From the NCBI GenBank assembly GCA_049999805.1, contig JBNGIO010006073.1, forward strand, positions 1 to 45,330: a stretch of DNA of 45,330 bases, read 5' to 3'. The translations under genes were made by a program, and so were the position numbers. Source of the DNA: Folioceros fuciformis (lineage: Eukaryota). The notes under the pieces were generated by a model. It saw only the letters and a list, made by a program, of their open reading frames with translations, was not told where the DNA came from and searched no databases. This document shows positions 1 to 12,337 of the stretch, piece after piece (position 1 is the stretch's first letter; each line of letters starts with the position of its first letter).

Positions 1-4
1 ACCA

Positions 5-324
5 TTATTATATTATTTTTATTATTTAATATTATTATGTTATTATTATTTAATTATTTAATATTATATATCTTTAATTAATATTAAACTAATCACCCAA
101 CCCTATGGCCTGGTACCGAACCTAAACCTTCCCAGGTCTGGGACCAAACCTATACCCACTCTTATAACCAAACCAACTATTTCCTGGTCAATTAACCCAA
201 AAATAGGAAAAATGATCAGAAAATCAAGGAAAATTAGGGAAAATAAGTTGAAAAAGAAAACCAAACCATACCACTATTAACCCTTTTTCAACCAAAACAA
301 ACTACTACCCCAAACTTTGGAGGT
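5..324. repeat. AT-rich (TTA)n-like microsatellite followed by an A/C-rich segment with ACCAAACC-type motifs (possible end of a non-autonomous element)
   Basis: Degenerate TTA/TTAT repeats at about 5-90, then recurring aaccaaacc/aaccaaaac motifs up to 324. This segment abruptly replaces the copia RT downstream of FGLL*. Confidence 0.45.
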
Positions 325-3300
325 TCACAGCAATCCAAACTCAGTAGTTCCTTTCACATATCTCATGATTCTTCTAACTGCATCCAAGTGTAGTTTCCTT
401 GCGTTCTGCATGAATTGACTAATCAGTCCTACTGCATAACTTAAGTTAGGACGTGTGATAGTCAAGTAGATCAAACTTCCGACCATCTGTCGATACATGG
501 TAACATTTTCCAGCTCAGTTCCTACATCCATTTGCAGCTTGACGTTCTGCTCCAATGGTGTATCCATCGCTTTGCAATTTGCCATGCCATACTTTTGCAG
601 CATATCCTTAGCATATTGTTTTTGCAATAGCCAAATTCCTTGAGGTATAGACACAACCTCAATTCCTAAGAAGTATCTGAGTTTACCAAGATCCTTCACC
701 TTGAACTCTTTTTGCAGATTCGCCTTGACATATGAAATACTATATGCATCATCTCCTGTGATGATCAGGTCGTCAACGTAAACGACAAGACACACTTGTC
801 CTACCTTCGTCTTTTGTACAAACAGACTGTGATATGCGTCTCCAATCACAAACCCTCGCTCCTTCAAATAGCCTGTGATACGAGCATTACATGCTCTAGG
901 TGCCTGTTTGAGTCCATACAATGCCTTCTTCAGTTTGCATATGTATGTTGGAAACTTAGGATGAACATAGCCTTCAGGTTATTCCACGTACACTTCCTCC
1001 TGCAACTCACCATTCAAGAAAGCATTCTTGACATCCATTTGCCATAACTTCCATCCTTTAGCCGCTGCTAATGCTATGACTGTCCTTACAGTTGTCATCT
1101 TGGCTACTGGACTAAAGGTTTCCTCATAATCAAGACCATACTGTTGTGCATATCCCTTTGCAACCGACCTGGCCTTGTAACGCTCCAGCGTTCCATCTGA
1201 CTTGAACTTCAGCTTGTACACCCACTTAGAACCAATAGGAACCTTGCCATCAGGCAATTGAACCAAATCCCACATTCCGTTCTCAATAATGCTGAGTATT
1301 CTTCATCCATGGCTTGACACCAATTATCATCTGTCACTACCTCAGCAAACTTGGTTGGCTCCTTACAAGCTGTGACCCTTGTCATATACGCATAATGTTG
1401 CGCATTATAACTTGTATAGGTGTACCTGTCAATGGGTTTCCTAACCCTCTCAGATCTCCTTGGTCTTGGTTCAGTTTGAACCTGCCTTGCATATCGTTGC
1501 TCCTTAGCACCTGGCGTTTCCACAGACGGAATGCCAAACTCACTGTCAATGCTCTCACTACTTGAGGATTCATATCCCTCATTTCCAGTTTTGCTGCTTT
1601 CTACTCTCCCCCTCACTGACATGTCTAGGTTAGTGGTCTTGGGTTTACCATTCCGCAGTCTTCTAGACCATGGATTCACCGTTGGTGATCCACCATTGGT
1701 CACATCCTCACTCTTTGCTGGAGTAGTCTTAACAGTACTCTCCCCTTTGGGTGCGTCATAGGGTAGTGCAATTGAGTTGCTATACCAGGAGGCTAACTCA
1801 TCAAATACCACATCCCTGCTTATCAAGATCTCATGTGTGGATGGCACATAGCACTTATATGCCTTCCTATTTCGTGCATACCCCAGAAAGACACTCTTCA
1901 CTGCTTTAGGATCCAACTTCCTACGATTCTCATCAGGTACATGCACATATGCAATGCACCCAAACGCTTTCAAGTGCCTAATATCCGGCTTATAGCCATA
2001 CAGTCTCTCAATTGGTGTAGCATCATGAATTCCTGCCGTAGGAGTTCGATTCAGTACATACACTGCTGTCATCACTGCTTCTGCCCAATAATCATTAGGT
2101 AAGCACTTCTCATTCAGCATTGCCCTTGCTGTTTCCATGACTACCCTGTTCTTGCTCTCTGCAACACCATTCTACTGTGGTGTGTATCTGCAAGTCAGCT
2201 GTCTTCGTATACCATGATCTGCAAGATACCTGTCAAACTCATTTAAGACATATTCTCCCCCTCCATCTGATCTTTAGACAAGAGATGGAGCAGCTGAAGT
2301 CATTTTTAGCATGCTTTTTGAAGTCCTTGAAAGACTCGAACACTTCATCCTTATGCTTCAGTATGTACAGCCACGTGTACCTACTGAAATCATCAATGAA
2401 GGAGACATAATAGTGGGCTCCTCCAAACGATGAATTCTGTGAAGGACCCCATACATGAGAGTGTATCAATTGCAAAGGTCTTGAGCTGTTCTGCACATGT
2501 CGCACAAATGGAAACCTTGACTGTTTTCCAAATTGACATGCAGAACACATATGACCAAGATCAGCATACTTGAACTTGGGCAATCCTTCCACCACGCTTT
2601 TCTGTTGCATAGATTTCAGCTTCTCTATGTTCACATGCCCAATCCTCTTATGCCATATTTCAACATCACGTATGGCACCTGCATCATTTGCAAACATTGA
2701 TGCATTTAGCTCTGGAATGGATGTATCCAGAGTGAACATCCGTCCATTCCTACTACCTTTAGCAATCAGTTTGCGCCCTCTGTCATATTCTTCAATAAAG
2801 CATCCATCTTTTTTGAATCGAACCTACAGATTTTGTTCAGCTATCTGTCCAACAGACAACAAGTTCTTCGTAATGGTTGGAACATGCAACACATCTTGTA
2901 GACTCTTCTGCTGACCATTCGATATCCTAAGAGGAACAATTCCTCTGTGCTGTATGTCATGTTGTGTGTCATCTCCTGTACACACATGACCATGGGGACC
3001 TGCATCCATCTTGTTAAACCACTCGCCATGCGGAGTCATGTGGTTTGATGCTCTTGAATCAATGTACCATCTCTCATCATTCTGCCCATCCTGTTCAGAG
3101 AGATGTTGCATGGCAAACAACCTATCCTGGTCATTTCCAGCATTACTAGAGGAGGCATAGTTCCCATGCTGCCTTCCTTTTCCTCTCATGTCTGCTTGCT
3201 GCTTATAGCAGTCCTTAGCAATATGACCAACCTTACCACAGTAGTAACACTCCTTGTCTCTATTGGAATGGTCATGAGATTGAAAAGAACCATCTCTTCC

Positions 3301-4470
3301 TCTTATGGCTCTACCTGCGCCTCTAAAACTTCCAGATTCTCTCTGGCCTTGCGCAGTTCCTCCACGCCAATTGTCTTGCTGATTTTGCATGTTCCGAGCA
3401 TCACCCCGTCCTCGGAATGAACCACGACCTCTATGGCCTCTCCCACGCTGGTTAGAAAACAAAACAGTGTCTCTCCCTTGAGATATACGTGAACCTGTGT
3501 TCAGACCAAGCTTAACTTCCTCATGCAGCAACAAAGCAACCAATTCATCCCAACTTGGGAACTCAACTCTCACAGAGATTGATGTGTCAAAGGACTTGTA
3601 CTCCTTGCCAAGTCCGTTCAGAGTAATTTCAACCATGTCATCTTCCGTCACACTTGCACCGATTGTAGCAAGCTGATCAGCTATGGTCTTCACCTCTGTT
3701 GTATACACGAGTATGGATCTGCTACCTCGTGACGAGTTGTTGAACTGCTGCTTCAATTGGATTTTCCTAGCATGTGTGACATTTCCATAGTTCCTCATGA
3801 GTATGTCCCATGCATCCTTCGAAGACTCACATCCCGTGATCTGTTTGACCATAGCATCTGAAATGCTTAAGGAGAGCCAGTGTAACACTTTACATGCTCT
3901 CTCAGTCCAATGCTTGTGAGTAGTCTTTTGCTCCTATGATGGAGTACGATCCATCTCTGGTTCACTCTCATCACCTGTGCAGAGGTCCCAATAGCCTCTA
4001 CCTACCAAGAAGTTCTTCATCCTGAACTTCCACAAAGCAAAATTCTTGTTATCCAACTTCTCTCCCATGACTTGAGAGATATTGTCTGATCCCTGCACAT
4101 TAGCCATGATTCAGGCTCCTTTACGCACCAACACTTGTCCTGCAACTCCCTGCACTGCTGTAGAGCTCCAGCACTCCACAAGCCTCAATCAAATCTCAAC
4201 AATTCCTGAATGTGCAGCTGACTCTTCGCTAAGCAAAAACAGCCTTTGCTCAAGCTTTCAAAAAACAAAAAAAAACAAAACACTGTTTGCCAAGTTCAGG
4301 CCTTCCTCTTCGCAAATCCTAGGCCTACTATGGCTTCCACGGCCTGGTTGCCTCTAATAGTTGCTGCTCCTCCTGAGTCTCTCTCCCTCTCGCACGTCTC
4401 GCGCGCTCTTGCGCCTGTAGCGCTTGTTGCGCCTGTAGCGCTTGTTGCGCCTGTAGCGCATGTTGCTAAT
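325..4470 (-). mobile_element. Degenerate Ty1/copia LTR retrotransposon internal region (gag-PR-IN-RT), truncated at both ends
   Basis: Gag starts at ATG 4107 (MANVQGSDNISQVMGEKLDNKNFALWKFRM) and has the zinc knuckle CYYCGKVGHIAKDC. Protease motif is WYIDSRASNHM (DSG altered). Integrase has HKRIGH...CSACQFGK, HSHVWGP (first catalytic D altered) and TPQ*NGVAE. RT has [29 protein letters not shown] and VYVDD. The PR-IN-RT order identifies copia. Stops at about 3934, 2824, 2172 and 979; frameshifts near 2270 and 1280. No RNase H, PBS or LTR seen. Confidence 0.95.
4409..4466. repeat. 18-bp tandem repeat, 3 copies (TTGCGCCTGTAGCGCTTG), in the copia leader region
   Basis: Three near-identical consecutive units are read directly from the sequence. 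Confidence 0.9.
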
Positions 4471-4599
4471 GGAAACCTCATCTCCAACTGATTGAAAAAT
4501 TCCTTCACAATCTTGCCATGCTTACTGGTTACTATCAAGTCCATAAAAATTTTCAAATAAAATTTGCAAGCATCTCCACTCAACAAATTTCTTAAGAGG

Positions 4600-6790
4600 G
4601 TTAATTTATACCTAGGATCAACTCAATATCCTCTCCCCCACACTCTTGCAACTTAACGATTTGAAACATACACATCAATTGGTAAATGGAAACTGAAGAC
4701 TTTGGGTATCTCGAATACTTTCCAGTCTTAACATGTAACGCTACTGGACCTCTTCCCTTCTTCTCTACTCCAAAAACTCTTTATAATGGGAAACTCAACA
4801 TCTAACTTTCCTGTCTACTCATCAACTTCACCCCTCCATCTACACCATCATGTTGTGATTGTGTTTGAGCAGCCTTCATTGTCTGATTTTGCACATCCAT
4901 CACATCCATCACAAGTTCTCAATCTGTAATCACAAATCCTCTCCTTGCACAAATGCCTCAATTCCTCATATGATGCTTGTAACTTTTCTCCTCCTTTGCC
5001 AACTCCTTCAGACCCCTTACACCTCTTGCCCAGTTCTTGACTAAGCTCTGTATCCTCGAGTTCTTGTCTCTCACTTCTATCTAGTCCACTCATTGCACGT
5101 AAAACTCTCTCCTCTTCCTCCAAACTATCCCCTGCTGTAGGAGTTCACCCAGTTTCTTGCTATTTTCTTCTTTCCTAATCAATCTTAGTCATCTTGCCCC
5201 TCTCCTAAATCTTCCATCCTTTCCTATAACCATAGTCGCACTCTCAACGAGTCTTTCAGCCCCCTCCATCCTCGGCTCTACTGGTACACTTTGATGACAA
5301 ATGTGTCTGTTTGGTAGTAACTCAAGTCATTCTAACACTTTTATGACACCCTAATGCAACCTATTTGACACAGTGCGGTGTTACATTAATACTCAATTTA
5401 TAGTAACTAACACTTTTAGGTGTAACTCGAGGGTGATTGCAAGTCTTCTCATTATGAAATGTTTCACACCTGCCAAGAAGCAGCTCAAACTAAGAAACTT
5501 GAGAACTTTCTAATGCAACCTATTTCTTACAATAGTTTATATCCAAACCAACAAGGAAACAAAGTGGAGTACACCAACTCAAAGACTTGGCGTCTTAAGC
5601 TATTTCACACTAAGTTATGCTCCCGATCTTTTCTCTTCAAACACTCTATCAAACTTTCTATGTTTGGAGAATGTCTGTTAAGCACCCGCAAAGTCCTCAC
5701 AAAAGATTTTCAACTGAGTCTAGCTGTAAGGTTTAGATCCTCCCAATATGAGTCACCTTAAAGTTTGTTGCCGCTTCTCTCTTTGCCCGTCCTCTTCTTC
5801 TTCTTTAAGCTCCTTATTGTTACTTTTCTGTGATTGAGCCCGAAACTTCAACTCTAAAGAGGATTCTCCTTCCACAAGCTTGGGACATGTCTCGCTCTTT
5901 ACATCCTTCCTTACTACTACCTTGTTTGTAGACTGGCACCTTTAATGTACTCCGCTTGATCTGCAAAACTTCTCACAAACCATTCAAACTTGGAATGCTC
6001 AAATAGTTTTAACTTAAGAGCTTTTTACTTCACCTCCATAATAGTTGCCATGAAAGTAATCAAAACTTTGTCTAGTCTTAGCTCATAAATTATTTCTACA
6101 CTGTTGTGTTCTCCTCACTACTGCTACCCTCTATATCTAAGTCCACTTTGATAGGATCAAACTCAGGCGCAAATGTCTCCAAGTTCAACCTACAAGATCT
6201 CCTAACTCTGACAGATCCCTTGTAATCGCACCCTCACCAACCTTCCATCTGGCAAAGCCTGTACAATAAGTTCTTCCCCTCTCAACTAAGTAACTAAGTC
6301 TTGAACTTCTCTTGGGCAGATCCCTCTCGAGGTAATCTTCTACAGTTCTTGGTCCCTCCAGTGTCTTCCATTTGCATCCAACACTTCTCTTCCTTGGCTA
6401 CTACTCTCTCTTCTTCAATTGCTGGTATTGCCTAGAGATAACTCCAAAAGTAGCATCCAATTGCTGGCCCGTAAGAATACCAAAAGCAAAGGACACACTT
6501 TCTCCATACAACAAGTTTGTGGAGTGCAAGTCTCCAATAGTCATTGATTCTCCACTTCCTTTGCGTGCAACTACAGAAAACTTGGTTCTCTCCGCCATGC
6601 CCAATACAAGTTCTCCCTTTATCTCCTCCATCTCCTTCTCAACTTGTGCCGGAAACTAGCAGAGTTCCCTTGAGAACCATAACACTCATAAGGAAGACTA
6701 CTATAGATGCCATGAGCCCTCGCATTGAACAAAAAATCATGCTTGCGTTTACGATTGACCAAAAGCCTGAAGAACAAAAACCCATTCAAA
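4600..6790 (-). other. Decayed coding-like segment, probably TE-derived, unclassified
   Basis: The minus strand is purine-rich and gives protein-like stretches broken by many stops and frameshifts (e.g. MEEIKGELVLGMAERTKF..., KLKLFEHSKFEWFVRSFADQAEYIK). No diagnostic motif recognised. Confidence 0.3.
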
Positions 6791-9524
6791 TTCTATAGCC
6801 CGCGAATGCACTTCGCGGTGGAAGGGGAGCTTGGAGAATATGAAACATACACATCTGTACATACGTATACCGGAATGTATGTAGGGAACGAGTTTGGTGC
6901 GAACCGGGCCAACAAACCGGCGATGGATTGAAAACTATCCGGTGGCCGGGGCGTAACGACGAATCTGCACGCGTCTCGACAAGCTGGTAATAAACTTCGG
7001 GTGACGTTTAGGCGCTGGGCATTTTTAGTAGTCTGCCCACCTGTCCCATCATGTAAGGCTGAAACTCCGGCGGGCGACATTAATAGAGGAATACTGTAGA
7101 ATGAAAAAGAATTAACAATATGACTAAGATCCAAACGGCTGTTAATCTACGCGTGGTGGCTAGCTGCTTGGTGTTCCAAACCGGCCGAATCCTTCGTTGT
7201 GTGTGTCCGGGCATCCATCCGTCTGTACCATCCCATCCCGTGCCGTCCCGTCCCGCCCCGCCCCGCCCCGCTCCAGTCCATGCCTCGATAGTGGAGCGGT
7301 GTTGCAGCCGTCGCCGAATGGCGCTCTGTTTGCTGCAAGGGGCCTTTGGACGTTGGGAGGATGCTGGGGCGCTGTGCTACATGAGGACTTGCGACTTGGA
7401 AATTCCGAGTGTAAACTATATTTCCTCCTTCACGGGGTCTATGACAGCTTCTGATGTGCCTGGAAATGCTAGCGGAGCTATCCCGGCCGTTGGTGTAGTG
7501 TTGCACGTGCATTCGGCTCATCTGGAAGGGCTGGCCGTATATATATATACAGGCTTTTCTTGGCGGAAGGGATGGCATTTTCCGAGAGGTTGTAGTGGAA
7601 ATGTTCTCTCCTGCCTCTATACGACGGCTTGGGACGCATTTTTTTCTGTCTTTTGGATGACCAAGCATCGTGAGCTGGATGCGCTGAGTTAAGGCTTAGT
7701 TCTCCGGAACAAGGAAGACTACTGTGAGGTGGTTCATAGTTTCTCATTGCACATAGGGCAGATCAGGCGGCTTCCCCTCCAACCTGAATTCGCAGTGGCG
7801 TTTGTTAGTTGTAAGCTGCACCTTGGGCGAGTCCACGCGCAGCGGAAGGTCTAGGGCAGTTCGCTTTCAAATCTTGAAGCTTGAGGGTAGTCATTTATGT
7901 GATAGAGGACGTTAGTGCGCAGATGGATGAATATCTCGCCAATATGGAGTTCAAGGTGACTGTATGGTGTGCCCAAATGATTGGTACCGAGCTTCGTCGA
8001 CATTGTGGAAGCTGCTTGTTGTCACGTTTGATCAATGCCCGTCTTGCTGAGCTGGTTCAACTTTGAAATTTGCGGGCACTCAAGAACTGACACTCTTCTC
8101 TAGTACACTTGTCACGGGATAAACTGGTGTAGGCATATAGGGTCAGTGCCACCACTTTTCCATCCGTAGAGCCATGAGGAGCTCCGCAACTGGTGCGGGT
8201 ACGGTATTCGGAGCGACAGTGTCATCTGGAGTCACCACGGCCTCACCTCCCTCACCTCAATGGGCGCGAAATGGAGGTGTCATCGATGCGCTGTTACAGG
8301 GGTGTGTGTCACCGACTCGGTTGTGACTGCTAACTCTTGATTGAGGCAGAGGCAGGATACTCTACAACGTGGCCTAGGTTTAGAAGTGTGAATACACTCA
8401 CTTTAATTCCTTGGCCCTAGTTTCAGGAGTATTGACAGTCCTTCATCAGAGTACACAGGCTCGCCTTAATTCTGGACTTTGGAGTCTATTTACAAGAATG
8501 AGTTGCATCTGTTTCCCGTGGATGCTTTACTAATTCACACCTTGACGTTGTTGTGTGGCGCTCTGTGGCAGAATCCTGGAGGGGTCAGATGGATTGGACG
8601 GGTGCGGAGGGAAAGCACGGTACCAAGAGGATAGGGCTCGGATTGGATGGTGCGGATGGAACTCATGGTACTAGCTAGATGAGAATAATGACACTGAGCA
8701 GGAGCTGTGGGTGTCGGTCCTACAGCCACGTCTCCTTTGATTAAACACCATGTTCATCCAAGCTTAGGGATGCTGCAGGACGCCAGCTAACCGACGTGGT
8801 TGGGCACCAGCTTTTTGGGTGTGCCCTTCGTGTATGAATGGAACAAATTATTTTATAATAGTTAGTCTTCTGCGTCATCCCTGTTGTGAGAACTCTCCTT
8901 TTCGCCGGATTGGGGCTCCTCCTGAAGGTAAAATAGTGGCCCCCACTGGAAATATTGGAAAGATTATAATGATATGGAGGCAGCAGGGTGGAAGCGGGTC
9001 TCATCGTACCGTCGTCCACTTTCCAGGGTCGACATTGCGTCATCGGCCTGTACGGAGGTGCGCCCAGGGAAGATAGAGTCGATGTTTTTTACACTTCTCG
9101 CAGATTGTAAACCCCGGACTGAACGAACGGTAAAGGTGGTCGGGTTGGCAAGTTAGTGATAGTTCATGTTTCTCGTTTCCCGAGTTCCGACGTCCAACGC
9201 GCCATGCCGTGTGCTGGGATGGCCTGGGCTACGTACCCATGTGTGTACATCGTTTGTTGTCCGTGTGGACCATGTAATCGGCGAGGCTGGCAGTGTGAGG
9301 GTGAAACATTCGAGACTGTAGCATAATGCAGTACTCCAATAATGTTCGTCTCGTCAGTGCCCACAGACCTTCTTACTATTTATTGCCATGAGTGCTCAAG
9401 ATGCCTCTACCCACCTCCCGCGGAACTGGGAACGGGGTTCGACTGTCTGCCACCTGCCCTCCTCGCCTTCACCACGGGAGCTTGTCTCCATTGGCGGCCC
9501 TATTGGGCGCACACATTGTTGGAG

Positions 9525-11290
9525 ATGGTGGGATCCCGGTGGCTGGTTTACTCTAGCTGCGCCTGCATTCTGACGCTGCTATGCATTTCCAACGGAGCGC
9601 AGTCAGCGCCAGCCAATGCCAACTTCTCTAGCTGCCGCGTGCATCCTGACTGGGGAAATTGCTGCACCCCGGGTTTGGAAGCTATTTTGAAGTACCCGCC
9701 CCAGAATGTGATGACGCTCACGGAGTATCTCCGGAAGAACCCACTTTCCAAGCAGAAGCGATTCAGGCCGGCAGCACATTTAGCAGACGACGCGTACATT
9801 GAGAAGTACAACCGGGCAATGCTACTCCTGAAAGCCTTGCCGCCCACGGATCCTCGATCGCACTCCCAGCAAGGCTTCCTTCATTGCTTGTACGGATCGC
9901 CAGACGTGAGAGCGCAACTTGGCTACCCGGATTTGGACTACCAGGTGCACAAAACCTGGCTCTTCATGCCTTTCCATCGCTGGTATTGTTCACCTGCCCT
10001 ACGATCATCTCCCCCTAGCTTTTGTACTTCCAATGTCCCCGCTGATCAGCAATGTCCGCCCCACTTCGCATTCCAGCGGATTGAGGATTTGTGTTTGCAA
10101 TGTCAGCTTGATATCCCTTTCCCGGGTCTGTCTCTGCGGCGTGCAGGTTCTCTTTCTTTCACGAGAGGATTCTGGCTAAACTGCTTGGAGATGAGACCTT
10201 CGCTCTGCCCTTCTGGAACTGGGACAGCCAAGCTGCTACGACCCCATATCCGAATTCCTTTCCATTGAAAATGTACGGGCAGCCGTTGAAGTACCCTGGG
10301 CTCTACGATGCCAACCGCAACAAGGCGCACTGCAGCACCGACCAGGTTCTAATCGATCTGAGTATGAGGAATGTCGTGAATGACGTGCCTTCAGCGGGTA
10401 GTTTACCCTTTCCCACCGCCCGGCGTTTTTCTGCTGTGGCTTCTTGTTGAGTTGTGTACAGAGCGTTGACTGTGTTATCCGCCTCTTTAACTGGGTGAAT
10501 CCGGCACTGCAGGGACGGATAATGGGTTGCGAGACTCCAACAACGAGCTACTGTGGAGTATCCTAGTGAAGAACCACACGGACAGCAACTGGGTGGAAGT
10601 GTACTCCCCGCCGCTGCGAGCCGGTGGAGCGAAGTCAAAGATGTCTGGCGATTTGGAAGCAAATCCACACGCTGCCATCCACATGTGGACCGGCTCCAGG
10701 GAAAACAAGCAGTGGGAAGACATGGGCCGCGGCTACTCCGCTGCTCGAGACCCCATTTTCTTCGCTCACCATAACAATGTGGACCGAATGTGGGACATTT
10801 GGCTGGTAAAGCGCAGTAATGAGTGTGCTCCTCAACGAAGCCTGTCTGACTTGTGACTGGTGTTCGGAGTTTAAGCTGGGTTTCGTGTCGCCAGAAACTG
10901 CCGGGGAAAGGGCACTACACCGATCCTGACTACTTGGATGCCGAATTCCTCTTCTACGACGAGAATGGAGAGCTGGTGAAGGTCACAGTGGCGCAGGCCC
11001 TAGACATGGAACCGTAAGTACCCCTTTCCAGCCCTTGGATTCCAGGGCATTCGCACAATTTGAAACTCCTCCAGGCTGTCCCTTATTCCTTGACTTGCTT
11101 TTCCTTGGTCTGAAGAAAAGGATATTCTTGGTGCAGCTTCATGTACGAGTACCAGAAAGTGGACGATACTTGGTTGAATTACCGTCGACGCCCACGCGGT
11201 GAGCTGCGCCAAGTTGTCGACGATACGGACAGTGCAGCTGACGCAGCCTCCGGGGACTCCTTGGATTCTAAACTCAGCAATTTTTGCTAG
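9525..11290 (+). CDS. PPO: Polyphenol oxidase / tyrosinase (type-3 copper), secreted short type lacking the C-terminal KFDV shield domain; about 424 aa
   Basis: Exons 9525-9982, 10147-10397, 10513-10805, 10895-11013 and 11137-11290 (GT-AG introns) total 1275 nt in frame. Hydrophobic signal-peptide-like N-terminus ([27 protein letters not shown]). CuA: HCLYG...[23 protein letters not shown]...LPFWNWD. Cu[14 protein letters not shown]...[29 protein letters not shown]-type domain: [21 protein letters not shown]...YEYQ. Confidence 0.92.
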
Positions 11291-12337
11291 AATGTTCTGT
11301 AATGACAGACATTGGGATGCTAGGATTCCGCACGTAGCTTCCTGGGTTTTTTTCCCTTCCTGGGTTTCGCATTCTATTCATTGACTCCATTCTGGTCCTT
11401 CATCCATTCTATTTCCGTCGCTCCCTTCTTTTCCTTCGCTCCATTCCATTCCCGCACTCTATTTTGCTCCAGCCCTCCGCTCCATTCTCTCTTCAAAAAA
11501 CATTAAGAGCTCTCATGGGATCAGCATGGAATTAGTAAAACAATTGTTAGAGATATAAATTGAAAAATTATAAATTTTACATGATTGGATATGTAGATTT
11601 ATAAAACTGACTTCAACAATGAGGTTTCTTTTTAAGAATTTATTTAAGATCCCAATAACTACTCAAGATATGAATTCCAAATCAGTTTGAAATTCCAAAG
11701 TCAAATTAACCTCAATGAATTTAATTGGGTTTCTTTGTGCAATTTGAATCTAAATATTGTACATTTCTTTCACTAATGATATTTTAAAGTCACTTAACTC
11801 CTTAATAGAAGGGCCTTTCACATTGGTATTTTAAAGCCACTTCATAACGTTTATTTTGAAGGTTTTGTTTTTTATAACTGGCTACGAAAACAATTCAGCT
11901 AGCCCTCGCCCTTTATCCAAATTATAGAACTCTTCAACATTAGACTTCCATTTTCAGATACCACGACTTTTTGCAGTTCAACCATACGGCTAGGACACGA
12001 TTCTTGACCATTCCATTCGGCTGCAGCACAAGCGAGATGCAACGGAGATTTAGTAACCCCTGTTGAAGTTAAACGCAGTGATCTGTTTATTTCGCCTGCT
12101 AAACTTCCAAAAAGGCTCGCTCTTTTTCGGCTTGGCATCTCGATAGTACGTCTATCCTATTCTACCTTGAAGTTATGGTACACCAATGCGAACGGAAAAT
12201 GGGCTTCTTGGTCTGTCGGTCACACTCTAGGGCTACTTGGTGCCAGGTGCCAGACACTCTCGCCTTGGGATTGTCAGGTCGCAGGTTATTTGAAGCTGTA
12301 GTGATGTATCAACCCTGTGAACGGAAATGTCAGCATC

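Noticed and set aside
6793-9364. Short ORFs upstream of the PPO, and the extended PPO start at 9342
   Set aside because: No recognisable motifs. The ATG at 9525 places the signal peptide at the N-terminus, so the upstream 61 codons are more likely UTR.
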